Below are positions 36,739 through 49,484 of a DNA stretch of 64,000 nt, in pieces. The notes beneath the pieces are model-generated. The model had not been told where the DNA came from. It did not search any database and saw only the letters and a list, made by a program, of their open reading frames with translations. Source of the DNA: Octopus sinensis. Its lineage: Eukaryota. A program made the position numbers and the translations under genes. The first letter of the stretch is position 1; each line of letters opens with the position of its first letter. The stretch lies in NCBI RefSeq assembly GCF_006345805.1, contig NC_042997.1, positions 93,124,001 to 93,188,000 on the forward strand, given 5' to 3'.

Positions 36739-37036
36739 GTATATTAGATATTTTACTAATCCTGATTCCCCAGAACAACTTCCTCTGAAATTCCTACCAA
36801 ATCAATGTTTTTGCTTGGGACATCGATATCAAAGTTTAGAAGTTCAGGTCAAAATTCATTAAACTCTGACGAAACTGATTACCTAGATGTGTAATAGCTT
36901 ATCTAATTCTCTGCCTATCATTTGTGTTATACAGATATTGATGCTTGCGTACAGATATATATATACTAACAAATAAGCGTATGTATGCATTTTGAATAGG
37001 GCATTCGCATTGCTGGAGCATAAAAACAAGAGAGAA

Positions 37037-37077
<41 letters not shown>

Positions 37078-37746
37078 GACAGACACACACAGAGAAAATA
37101 AAAGACACAAACAGAACGAGGGAAGAAGGTGACTAGAGAATATGCTAAAATTGTTGCTTATGCATACATTTCTCTCTTCCTTTTGATATGTATGTACATA
37201 CATAGATACATACATACACACACATACATATATATGTGTGTGATTAAGTGTGTGTGTAAGTGTGTGTTATGTGTGTGTGTGCGTGTATATGTGCATATGT
37301 GTGTGTGAGCGTGTGTGTGGGCGTGTATGTGTGCATATATGTGTGCGTGTGTGAGCGTGTATGTATGCATATATGTGTGTGTATATATTATGTTGTGTCA
37401 GTGTGTGTGTGCGCGCGCATGTATGTGTGCATACATGTGTGTGTGTGTGTGTATGAGCGTGTATGTATGCATATATGTGTGTGTGTATATATTATATGTC
37501 ACAATGAGGATATTTCAAACTTTTATAGGGAGTGTATCCTAGATACACTGGTTTAATATATTAAATTTTGAAGAAATAACACAGGGCAACAAAGAAAATA
37601 TATACACACACATGCATATATACTCACACACACATATACCCGTATACGCAACAAGTATGTATGTCAATATGTACATCAATATGTATGTGTATTGGTATAC
37701 ATGTTTCTTTCTAATTCACTTCCTTAGTTATATAGACTGATTTATA

Positions 37747-38174
37747 TACTCTTTTTTTTCTTTACTCTTTTTACTCTTTTTACTTGTTTCAGTCATTTGA
37801 CTGCGGCCATGCTGGAGCACCGCCTTTAGTCGAACAAATCGACCCCGGGACTTATTCTTTGTAAGCCCAGTACTTATTCTATCGGTCTCTTTTGCCGAAC
37901 CGCTAAGTGACGGGGACGTAAACACACCAGCATCGGTTGTCAAGCAATGCTAGGGGAACAAACACAGACACACAAACATATTCACACACACTTATATATA
38001 TACATATATACGATAGGCTTCTTTCAGTTTCCGTCTACCAAATCCACTCACAAGGCATTGGTCGGCCCGGGGCTATAGCAGAAGACACTTGCCCAAGATG
38101 CCATGCAGTGGGACTGAACCCGGAACCATGTGGTTGGTTAGCAAGCTACTTACCAAACAGCCACTCCTGCGCCT
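37747..38174 (-). mobile_element. SINE type B, full length
   Basis: Minus strand starts AGGCGCAGGAGTGGCTG...GGTTCAGTCCCACTGC..CTTGGGCAAGTGTCTT and ends in (AAAAGAGT)n. Confidence 0.87.
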
Positions 38175-38320
38175 ATATATGAGCAGAAATAAAGTAAAGA
38201 TAAGAAAAATGAAATAAAATAAAATAGAATTTTCGAAAGTGAAATAAACTGAAATAAATCCATGTACACGCATGTGTACGTGTGTGCCCATATATATGTG
38301 TGTGTTTAAACGCATATATA

Positions 38321-38528
38321 CAGGGTGTCTCAGAAGTTGCGCACCATCCTGGTTTTTAAAAGAATACACCCTTATTGATTTCAAAAACACTTTATTGAAA
38401 TTAATTGTAACAAATGCTCAAATTGAGTACCCTCTAAAATAAAACACGCCGAAAAAATATAATAAAATAAAATGCTTTAATTATTTTAAATGAAAACCAG
38501 AATGGTGCGCGACTTCTGGGACACCCTG
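38321..38528. mobile_element. Tc1/mariner-type MITE (208 bp)
   Basis: 36-bp TIRs CAGGGTGTCTCAGAAGTTGCGCACCATCCTGGTTTT / AAAACCAGAATGGTGCGCGACTTCTGGGACACCCTG (3 mismatches), with TA on both sides (38319-38320, 38529-38530). Confidence 0.9.
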
Positions 38529-39122
38529 TATATTAAACAAGTATGCGTGCCTTTGTTTACATAACACACTGCCTAAATAACAATCTTGAGAAATTAGGTT
38601 TCTCAAAACCAGAAAGGAGAAAGCTAATTCGAAGACTTACAGGTCCAATCCATCACTGGAACTGTAAAAATCTGTAAAACTTTCCAGAAGTTTATCATTT
38701 AAATATGTATGAGCATGTCCAGATATGCAACTAGTTATGCATGAGAATACATACATAAAACAAAACACAAATCTGCATATATACACACATACATACAAAA
38801 ATACTCTGTTGTTGATGTTGAAATTCCAATGAAGAAGCCTTGGATCAAGGTTAGAAACTGACTCTTTCTTTATTGGCAAAAATCTTGAAATAAAATTGAA
38901 CAATGACATACATACATATGTGTGCGTGTATCTATGTTTATAGCTGGTGTTGTGTTTATGTCGTGTTGTTACATGTCACATAACACAGCGTTTGGACAAC
39001 TCGAGGGCAATAAAACATGAAACCAAAGTGAAATATTTTAGATGAAAACGATTAACTGGAATCTTTAATGAGAATGCAAAAGCATGACTGCAGCCCTATA
39101 AGTTGAAGCTGTGTGTGTGTGC

Positions 39123-39180
<58 letters not shown>

Positions 39181-39596
39181 CTCTGTGTGTTTGTGTGTGT
39201 TTGTGTGTGTGTGTGAATGTGTGTGTGTGTGTATGTGTGTGTGTGTCTGTGTGTCTGTCTGTTATCTTTCTATCTGTCTGTGTATGTGCGCGCGTGTTCT
39301 TGTATTTCCTACCAAATGTTGGGCGGACATCCAGTTGTGAATATGGAAGATGTTCGTCGTATTTGTTATCTAAGTGCAATCCATATTTCAAACACAAACA
39401 GATGATCTAACTATAGAACTAATGTTAAAAGAAAATTATATAATTTGAAAATATATATTTCAAATCTATAATTATAATAAAGGTACTTTTTTTTTTTAAT
39501 GTTCTGTGAAAGATATAATCACCGCCTCTTGTAATATATCTTTTCTTTCGTGACTGATTTTAGGTGTTTTGCACTTAACATATTTATTTGAAACCT

Positions 39597-39799
39597 GGCG
39601 ATGAAGAGGTAGAATCACTAGCATGCCGGGCAAAATGTTTAGCGGCATTTCGTTCGTTTTAACGTTCTGAGTTCAAAATTCACCGAGGTCAACTTTGCCT
39701 TTCATTATTTCAGGGCCGATAAAAATAAGTACCGGCTGTTGTGATCGACTTACCCACTCCTCTGAACTTGCTGGCTTTGTGCTAAAATTTGCAACCAAT
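39597..39799 (+). mobile_element. SINE type A, degenerate
   Basis: GTAGAATCACTAGCATGCCGGGCAAAATG...GTTCTGAGTTCAAAATTCACCGAGGTC. Confidence 0.7.
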
Positions 39800-40139
39800 A
39801 TATTTATTTTTGAGATTTATTTCAGCAAATTGTCTCTAGCTGAGTATTATTGATAAAGTCTTAACTTTCTAACAAACTGCATCACGAAAAACAAATCGTC
39901 AGAGAAAAGGCAGCAGTAGATTGACTTTACACTCACTCCTTATTTTAGCTGTATTTATATTAGAATAATCTCATCGTAAGAGAAGCAGCTAGAGAAAAGG
40001 AGATTTTCATCACATACAGTATAAAATGAGCCATCAAGAGCATGTGATTAATTTAAGGATTATAGTGATTGGATATTAATTTAGACCTGACTTCCAAGTG
40101 GTTTACATTAAAAGACGTAGATTGGGCCCCGATAAATAT

Positions 40140-40534
40140 AATATTGGTTTCAAATTTTGACACAACGCCAGAAATTTCCGAGAGGGCATAAGTCGATTAC
40201 ATTGACCCCTAGTGTTCAACTGGTACTTTATTTTTCGATCTCGAAAGGATGAAAGGCAAAGTCGACCACGGCAGAATCTGAACGTAGAAAGGTAAATGCT
40301 GCAAAGCATTTTGCCCCGTATGCTAACGATTCTTATTTCCTTACTGCCCACAAGGGGCTAAACATAGAAGGGACAAACAAGGACAGACAAACGTATTAAG
40401 TCAATTAGATCGACCCCGAAAGGATGAAAGGCATCGTCGACCTCGGAGGAATTTGAACTCAGAACGTAGCGACAGACGAAATACTGCTAAGCATTTCGCC
40501 CGGCGTGCTAACGCTTCTGCCAACTCGCCGCCTT
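40140..40534 (-). mobile_element. Two nested or abutting type A SINEs
   Basis: Two GAAAGGATGAAAGGC..GTCGACC blocks; ends CTCGCCGCCTT. Confidence 0.8.
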
Positions 40535-41407
40535 GATAAATGTAATATTAGATAACTGTATCTCTTTTTCATTTTATCGTCATTCATATATATATATGTA
40601 TTCATAGTTTAGTTTAAACTTAAAGATTTCATATTTTAGTGAAGAGGAAAGGGAATGTATGAGTTTCATGCCTTTCCCAAGAATATTGGCGTCGTAACTG
40701 AAATAATATGAATTTGAAATCGAAATGACATTGTGGTATCAACTTGTATGAAGCTTACTTCTTTCTGGACCATTCTAGCAATAAATATACATACATATGG
40801 ACTTCAAACATTAGCATAAAAATTATATTTCTCAAAATATAAACTCGAAGTATGTAGGATTTGTATACAACCAGGAATAGAACCCTGATCGCAGACTTCG
40901 CCGGCCAAAAGCTTACCTCTTTGATATGGCATTAAATTTTTTAAGGGCTTAAAACAGTTAAGTTAGCCCTAATTATATAACGTAATATTTTGAATACGCC
41001 TTGAATGGTCCTTTTACATACTGAACAGTACTTGGTGAAATTAATTAATAATTAATTGATTTTACCCTTAATCATTGATATATATATATATATTTATAAT
41101 AAGTGTAGATCGTATACGAGTGGGTATATATTTATAAAAAAGAAGTTTGAAAACGCCACTATATAAGATAAATTTTAATTTTCTTAGAAATTTTACATGT
41201 TTCGGTTCTTCTTGAAAAAACGAACCTTATCAAAAATATTTTAAAAAGTTAAGTGTAATAAAAGAGATCATAATTGTTTCTTACTGGTCTCAACAGAATC
41301 CACGTGGTGGTGTTTTGTGGGGTTGTAAGCATAATAGCTGTAAATTTAAAGTTGAGTGTAATAAAAAGTTCGTAATTGTTTCTTACTGGTCTCAGCCGAA
41401 TCCACGT

Positions 41408-41454
<47 letters not shown>

Positions 41455-42113
41455 CTTTATTTTTATTAAAGCTGCAAAACATCACAAATTCATCACAAAT
41501 GCTACTCAGAGTTTCACGTTTCCGTTCGTCGGACAGTTTAGATTGAGAATGGAACAAAATAACAAAATAAACACACTGTACTTATACATATACACACTTA
41601 AAAAAACCTACATAAGTACACTAAACATACGAACGCTAATACATACTTACATATATTCAAACATACACATATAAAATATAAATATGAATATATATACTAA
41701 TGTATATTTAAGTAACTAGGCACACACACACATTATATATATATATATATATATATATGTCATACGCTTCGTGTGTATGTTGTGAAGTCTTTCTACACGT
41801 TAGAAAGAATCAGAATAGGAAAAGAGGTGGTAGAATGGAGGAAAAAATAACGATAGAAAAGATAGAAAAAGAGAACGGATATAACTGTGTTCAGTAAAGT
41901 ATCTTTCTATAAAGAAAAAAAGGGGATGAAAAGAAAAGGATGGAAAAGATACATCTAAACTTAATGTATAAAAGCCAAGTCCGCGAACGCACACATGAAA
42001 TATACATAAATACTCTCTTCAGCAAATACGTAAATACAATAGAAACACACATGTAAACACGCATAGAAATATACAGATATTCATAAACGTATGTATATAT
42101 ATATATACAAATA

Positions 42114-42145
<32 letters not shown>

Positions 42146-42162
42146 CACACATATATATATAT

Positions 42163-42227
<65 letters not shown>

Positions 42228-42898
42228 CAAATAAACAAATGGAAGAGAACAATAAGATGGTTCATCAACTTTTGGACATTAAAATGTTCAGTTTAATAAA
42301 TAAATAATTTAACATTTTAATGAACCACCTATTGTTCTCCTCCATTTTCTTATTGCTATATAAATTAATGGTAAAATATCTCTTTACGTTCACCCATTTA
42401 GTACACTAGGTAATGTAATTGCAATGCAATAAAAAACATTTGTGTATTAATACTTGTGTATTCTACCAGCAGTACATTGGATACATATTATCCCTTAGTG
42501 GGTTGGATTCACAACCCCTAACTTTTTGGGAGTTATATATATATATATATATATCAACATACATATATATACGTAATCAAACTTATATACACCATAACGT
42601 ATATACAAACATGAGTATATTTAAAAAACATTTCTCTGGTATATTGACTATTAGAATAGAGTAATTTCAAATTGTAGATTGAATAAAATCAATAATATAA
42701 TCAAATTAATATTATAATAATATAATTTAAATTTTGGCCATGGTGAAATTTAAATGAGAAAATGAGAAAACTTAGTGACTGCCGAAAATCGCAACAAAAA
42801 AAAAATGTTTACCAAGCTCATTAATGCTGTCATCAGCATCGCATTACAATCAATGATAACAAAAACGATAAATAAATAAATGCAATGGAAGTAGTTAA

Positions 42899-42972
<74 letters not shown>

Positions 42973-43389
42973 TGTAAAACTATCATAAAGAATAAAATAA
43001 AAATAAAATAAATCCATTCTGGTGTTTGATATCTCTAAAAAACACATTTTGGTCGACTGTAAATACGCGATATTTTTACAACACATATTAGGTGATTGTA
43101 AAAGGGCTTAAGTTGTACAATAAAAATCAAAATTGTTAGGTATATAATGGGCTAAATTGCATTGTAAAAATAACAATCAAATGACTCAAAAGTAACGGTT
43201 ACAAAAAGACAATGAAAATAAAATAAAAATAAAATAAAATAAAAGATTGTAAAACAGTTGGAGGCTTTCTTGAATGTCGAAAAATGTAAAATGTAAAATG
43301 TAAAGGCGATATCATACAAAATGATACCTGCTTTTAGGTGGTAAAGACAAAATCCAATGCGGAAGTCAACTATTATTATTATCCCTGTA

Positions 43390-43790
43390 GTATTTTATCA
43401 GACGAAATTTTATACCTCGTTGCATAACTGCAGGAATTCAAAAGGTCTCATCTTTGGTTCAACGCAAATTTATCCTGGAACAGGATAAAAAGCTTTTCGG
43501 TCAGGCACAAGTTGCATCTCACAGGGCAGCTACATGCTCCGTGCGTATATCTCCAAGATCGTCCAGCTGATACTGAAAGGACAGATATAAATTTCTTTTA
43601 TATGCCAGACATGTTTGGCAAGAGTCGTTGCTGTCCTATTTTCGAGATATCGAAATGAATTTCGTTGAGAATATAATCTAGTCTTAAAGAAATTCTCCGA
43701 AGCTTTTGTATTTGTTTTGTATTCTTGTGAGCCGTAAATATTTTCCTTCTAGCTATAGTCACTTTAGAAATTCTGATTTTTCATTTCAGA
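43390..43790 (-). pseudogene. Penelope-like element C-terminal (GIY-YIG) relic
   Basis: Minus strand gives RTATTLAKHVWHIKE...FSISWTIL...RCNLCLTEKLFIL...LNQR, matching ATTLS..IW.LK...I.W.I...C.LC..EK..I...LN.R. Confidence 0.65.
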
Positions 43791-44151
43791 TTTTCAAATA
43801 ATACGACTTTAAACCTATCATCATTGATTAGAAAAAAACGTTAGTCGAAAGGACCAATGAAAAGAAACGAGTTTCAAATGTGTATCTGTCCATGAAAATC
43901 GTATATTTTCTACATACAAACTTTATTCTGTTCCATATCCGACGAACGGGAACGTCAAACTCTGAGTAGCAGTTATTTGTGATATTTTTTCGATTTTTTA
44001 AGCTTTAATAATAATGAAACATATTATTCTACCTTCAGTATTCGAGTACTATTTTATCCCACCTTCTTTCTCATTTCTGTGCTTAGTTTGGTATCTATAT
44101 ATATATATACAGGTACACAAATATGCACGTACATACACACATATACATACT

Positions 44152-44226
<75 letters not shown>

Positions 44227-44292
44227 ATATACGTATATACATATTCATATATATGTGTGTGTATGTGTGTGTGCGTGTGTATGTTTGTGTAT

Positions 44293-44610
44293 GCGCGGTG
44301 GCATAGTTGTGTGTTTAAGTAATTCGCTTTGTCCCTACGTAGATTCTATCCCACTGCCTTGGATTTGATCGATAGAAACTGTGTGGAAACCCATCATTAT
44401 ATGTTTGTGTATGCACGCACGTGTGCATGTTTGTGTTAGTCTTCCACCGCTTCATAACCAGTGTAAGTTTGTTTTAATTACCATAACTTAACAGCTCGGC
44501 AAAAAGATCCAATAGAATAAGTTCAAGACTGAAGATAAGTACTCCAGTCGATTTCATCGGCTAAATACCATTCGGGATGGTGCTCCAGAATGACTGCAGT
44601 AGCGATTAAA
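44293..44610 (+). mobile_element. SINE type B, strongly degenerate
   Basis: Residual TCCCACTG, AACTTAACAGCTCGGCAAAAG..AATAGAATAAG and GGTGCTCCAG. Confidence 0.5.
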
Positions 44611-45263
44611 AAATATATGGATATGTAAGTGTAAGATCCAAGAATTTAAGAGCATGAAGATTGTAATCTTTGAGCGGTCTGTTACGGATATGAAAAAAAA
44701 AACCGGTTACGAACAATAATAATTTATTGACATTGATGGTTGTAGGCATTTCCCATATAGGTCACGGTTAGCAATTAGAGTTGCTATGAATGCGAATAAA
44801 AAAACAAATTTCTGCGAATGAAACGGGTACATATGTTTCCTAGCTAGCAGATGCTCTGATGCAATAATTACTCAACGAGGGGTACTCGGCTAGCTACTCA
44901 ACAGCCCGAAGATACCTTAGTTATAGGAAGATTACATTGTCGCTTGGGAATCCCTAGTTAAACAATTTTTAAATATATGCTTGAAGAAAACAAATACCCG
45001 AAGAAATGAAATGGTTAGTCAGCAAGAAAAGTGAGGGAAGGGGTCAATATTTGGGAGTGGAGAATCGTATAAAGTTGTAAAGAATAAAGAAAACGGAGAT
45101 GGGAAGAAAGAGGGCATTTAGGGTACATGGATGCTGACTTTAAGGGGAAAGCTTTTTGTGATTATGCTGCAGCGACTTTAACGTGTCAACAGTAAACAAA
45201 TACTTAGGCGCAACCATACATACACATTTATACAGAATAAAAACATAAATGTTTGAAGAAATG

Positions 45264-45299
<36 letters not shown>

Positions 45300-45919
45300 T
45301 ATCATTATTATTTAATAGAACGCCACGTAAGTTTATCTTCAGCTTTTCGATGCGACACTATATTGTTTTCTTCCTCCATCCTTCTCTAATTCCTTTTTTC
45401 ACCCCCTCTTCTTCCGTTTTCTCTATTTCTCCCTGTTTTCTTTTCCTCTCTCGTTGCTCACACGTGACCATCGTCAATCTTTCCTTTCCTCGTGTGATCA
45501 TCTTTCTTTTCCTACACAGACGTTCAAAGGAAGAGACGTTTTTTCTCTCTCTTCTATCTTTTCTCTTTTCAAAGAAAATATTTCTCCCCGCGTTCACTAT
45601 TTTCCTCTCGTTCTGGTCTAACAACCCTCCATGTTTGTTTTTGTTCGGTTTCCTTGTATGTCTACACTGTCCTGTTTTTGTCCCCAACTTGGACCCTCCA
45701 TAAATCATAAATTTTATCTTCGAATTTATGGGAGTCGCTGTCTTTGAAGATTCATATTCTCGTGTGAATGCTCGAAATGAGGAGTAGATAGACAGCAGAG
45801 AACTGATGAAGGGTCGTTTCTCTGTGATTACCTGTCCTGTTTTCCCTCGTCGTTTACGTGTTTAACTCGCTTGTCTACGTATTTCATGTTGTTTACACAG
45901 TTCGTGACGTCGTGTACCC

Positions 45920-45994
<75 letters not shown>

Positions 45995-46313
45995 TATATA
46001 TATGTGTGTGTATGTATGTCTGTATGTATGTATGTATGTATGTATGTATGTATGTTTACATATTATTTACTATTAATATATATATTATTACAATACAATA
46101 ATATTATTTTCCAGCGAAATAAAGCACCATTAAGGTAGAATTACATACAGAAACTAGTGTCACAACAAGGTACCAATTTTTGCTAGAAATAGCAGTCAAT
46201 AATCATTCGACACTAGGTAAAGCTACACTGATGTATAGAAGCAAAGATGCGTGCGGCCGGCGAATATAAAAAAAAATTTGTCTTACCTCTAGGAAGAACG
46301 TCTGAGAAATGGA

Positions 46314-46389
46314 CTACCAGGTACTCGAGTCTCGAACATTTCAGAATACGTTTGTTATCGTAAACTGATTGATCTTCGTCAGCTAGGTC
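46314..46389 (-). ncRNA. Degenerate HHR family B (GAGA in place of GAAA)
   Basis: Minus strand reads ACCTAG-CTGACGA-...-GAGA-CTCGAG-TA-CCTGGT. Confidence 0.45.
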
Positions 46390-46813
46390 CACCAAAGAGA
46401 CTAAATTTAAAATATACGCGACATCAATGCCTGTATACTTGGCCAATAGCCCTTGTACGTGGTTTTCCATTTCTCTGGCGTTCTTCCTAGAGGGTGAATG
46501 AAAAAAAAAATTATATTCGTTGCCTGCACACATCTTTGCCGCTATACATTCAGTGAGGCTTTACCTAGCGGCGAACAATTATCGAGAGCCACTTCCGGCA
46601 GAAATTGGTACCTTGTCGTACCACTATTTCCTGTTTATAATTCTATCTTTACGGTGCTTCATTTCGCTGGAAAATAATATTATTGTATCGTAATAATATT
46701 TATATTTTTGTATAAAACTTTTTCACTGATCTCGGCTCTATTTGTAGCTGGGGCCATTGGCCGAGTATACAGGCATTGATATAGGGAATATTTTAAATTT
46801 AGTCTCTTTGGTG

Positions 46814-46889
46814 AACCTAGCTGACGAGGATCAATCAGTTTTCCAATAACAAACGTATTCTGAAAAGTTCGAAACTCGAGTACTAGGTT
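46814..46889 (+). ncRNA. Type I hammerhead ribozyme motif (family B)
   Basis: Perfect 7-bp stem I AACCTAG/CTAGGTT; CTGACGA 46821-46827; stem II 46828-46870 (G-C closing, two wobbles, then TCAG/CTGA); GAAA 46871-46874; palindromic stem III ACTCGAGT; GUA triplet with cleavage after 46882. Confidence 0.8.
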
Positions 46890-47053
46890 GTCCATTTCTC
46901 TGACGTTCTTTCTAAAGGTAAGAAGAACATTTTTCTTATATTCGCCGCCCGCATATATCTTTGCCTCTATACATTCAATGAAGCTTTTCCTCGCGTCGAA
47001 CGATTGTTGACATTGTTATTGGTACCATGTTGTACCACTATTTCCTATATATA

Positions 47054-47086
<33 letters not shown>

Positions 47087-47243
47087 CCAATTGAGGACTG
47101 AACACGAAAAGGGGGACAGTCAACATGCTAGATATAGACGTCAAATCGCCATTCTCCACAAAGATTTTGTTCTCAAATAAAAATAAAAATAAAATTCAGC
47201 ACGACCTAAAGCAATGGATGAGACAAAAGAAATATACGAAATG

Positions 47244-47326
<83 letters not shown>

Positions 47327-47367
47327 ATATTCAGATATGAAATAGAAGCAGCGCCAGTGTTATAAAC

Positions 47368-47548
47368 ATTATCAGCTACACATACTTAACGTATACACTT
47401 TGCGTGTTTGCCGGTAGGCTGCGACATGGCGTGGTGGAAAATGCTTCATCATTACTCGGCGCTTTGAGGGAGTATTGCCCACCATATCAAATCGCAGCCT
47501 ACCGACAAATACATAACCCATATACTTTAAATATATGTAGTTGATAAT
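47368..47548. repeat. Imperfect foldback (~70-bp arms), MITE-like
   Basis: ATTATCAGCTACACATAC...GGTAGGCTGCGAC..GGTGG pairs with CCACC..TCGCAGCCTACC...ATGTAGTTGATAAT. Confidence 0.7.
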
Positions 47549-47622
47549 ATCTATCTGTTTATCAATATAGGGGAATCATAGAAAATTCTCAATGTTTAGA
47601 GGGAGTGAGAGGGGCGCTCGAT

Positions 47623-47734
47623 ATAATCGCTTTAATCCGTTTGTCTGTCCTTGTTTGTCCTCCCTGTGTTTAGCCCCTTGTGGGTAGTAAAGAAATAGGT
47701 ATTTCATTTGTCTTTACGTTCTGAGTGACTTTGC

Positions 47735-47735
<1 letters not shown>
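47623..47735 (+). mobile_element. SINE type A internal fragment ending in (CTAT)n
   Basis: Nearly matches 48121-48240. Confidence 0.7.
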
Positions 47736-47794
<59 letters not shown>

Positions 47795-47878
47795 ATATCT
47801 ATCTATCTATATATATATATATATATATATATACGCACACACCCCTGTCTTCGTATTTTGCTTTTCTGTAAATTTCAA

Positions 47879-47921
<43 letters not shown>

Positions 47922-47966
47922 CATACATATATATATACCTGCTTAATGCTAAATAATAGAGAGCGT

Positions 47967-48346
47967 AAGGTGGCGAGCTGGCAGAAACGTTAGCACGCCG
48001 GACGAAATGCGTTGCCGTATTTCGTCTGCCGTTACGTTCTGAGTTCAAATTCCGCCGGGGTCGACTTTGCCTTTCATCCTTTCGGGATAGATTAAATAAG
48101 TACCAGTTACGCACTGGGGTCGATATAATCGACTTAATGCCTTTGTCTGTCCTTGTTTGTCCTCTCTGTGTTTAGTCTCCTGTGGGTAGTAAAGAAATAG
48201 GTGTTTCGTTTGTCTTTGCGTTCTGAGTGACTTTGCCTTTCGTTATCTCGGGGTTGATAAATTAAGTAACAGTTGCGTACTGGGGTCGATCTAATCGACT
48301 GTTCCCCTCCCCAAAAATTTCAGGCCTTGTGCCTAGAGTAGAAAAG
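47967..48346 (+). mobile_element. Composite SINE type A
   Basis: Collinear with 33023-33420. Confidence 0.87.
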
Positions 48347-49446
48347 AATATCTAAAGAGCTTAGTGAAAAGTGGACGTTTGTTTATATGTTCTGAACCAA
48401 AACAAACATTGATTTCTTATACATTTGCTGAGAAGAGTCCATGTAATTGCCAGATAATAGAGTAGATCCGATCACAATTGCTTAATGAATAGCATATTGA
48501 CTAAGTCACTGTAATTTTGTCTATAATTAGTGTTGTCAATTGTGCATGTTTTCGCAGACAGATTTGATAAAGATCTTTTTAATGAATGGTAATATAACTA
48601 ATTTATCGTGATGTTCTGTCTACTGTTACATCACAACTGTCACGGTTTTTATAGTTCGTCGTGTTCAGATACAAAGATGAACAAACGTATCTCATCGAAA
48701 AGTGGTTTACGTTCAATTTTTAAACAGAGGTAAGCTCCTGCCTCTTCGTTTATTTCCCCTCTCACTCCTAAACATTGAGAATTTTCAATGAATCCCCTTT
48801 ACTTAACGATTTATAAGTGTCTGTGTGTAGCGTTGTTCTTTGTCACACGCTCTCGGCATATAACGTTTTCCCCTCCCCTCCTTCCCTCTCCAATTCTTGC
48901 TTCATCTCCCTTTGCTCAGCTCGTTCTCTTGATTTTTGAACCTCTCATTTCGGTTTTTTTACCTCACTTATCCCATCACTTTTGTCAATCTTTCACTTCA
49001 GTTTCTCCATAATTCATTAGAATACAACTAAAAATATCAGCGACCTGAAATATATCTCACTTTACGTGACAACTGAACTTATTCGATCCTTCCAAGAACT
49101 CAACCTCTATTTTACATTGGGATTTAATTCATTTTATTAACAAGCCTATTTCTAAATACATCAGATGTGTACATATACGTGTACGACTGTGGTTAAAAAA
49201 GCATTTGTATTATTTTACAATTCATTTAATTGACTCGCTAAGACATTTGCTTCACAATCATGTTGTCTTCGATCCAGTATCATTTCTTGGTGGTTTTTAA
49301 TGTAACGTTCTGTCACGCCGAGCCATGTGAAGGAAATTTGGTTGGCAGCCTGTTGAATGGATTGCCTCTGCCATTCAAAAAGACCCGGTTTTTTTAGTGT
49401 CACACTGAATTTGTTTGAGGACTCCGTTTGGTACAACTGTGTACAT

Positions 49447-49484
<38 letters not shown>

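Larger units (their letters stand above)
46086..47046. mobile_element. Second HHR element (family B): inverted head 46086-46451 plus ~425-bp tandem body 46455-47046, in (TA)n
   Basis: TCCATTTCTCTG at 46466 and 46891 (period 425). 46086-46310 is the reverse complement of ~46466-46695, and ~46312-46451 is the reverse complement of ~46753-46890. (AT)n lies on both flanks. Confidence 0.75.

Noticed and set aside
43939-43965. CCGACGAACGGG...CAAACTCT beside the Penelope relic as an HHR
   Set aside because: The core is broken at U4 and G12 and stem II does not pair; at best a remnant.
45803-45865. CTGATGA-AGGG...CCCT as an HHR
   Set aside because: No GAAA follows the putative stem II.
48661-48700. 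GATAC/GTATC stem flanked by TCGATGA and TGAA on the minus strand
   Set aside because: Both halves of the core deviate from consensus, so it is indistinguishable from chance.
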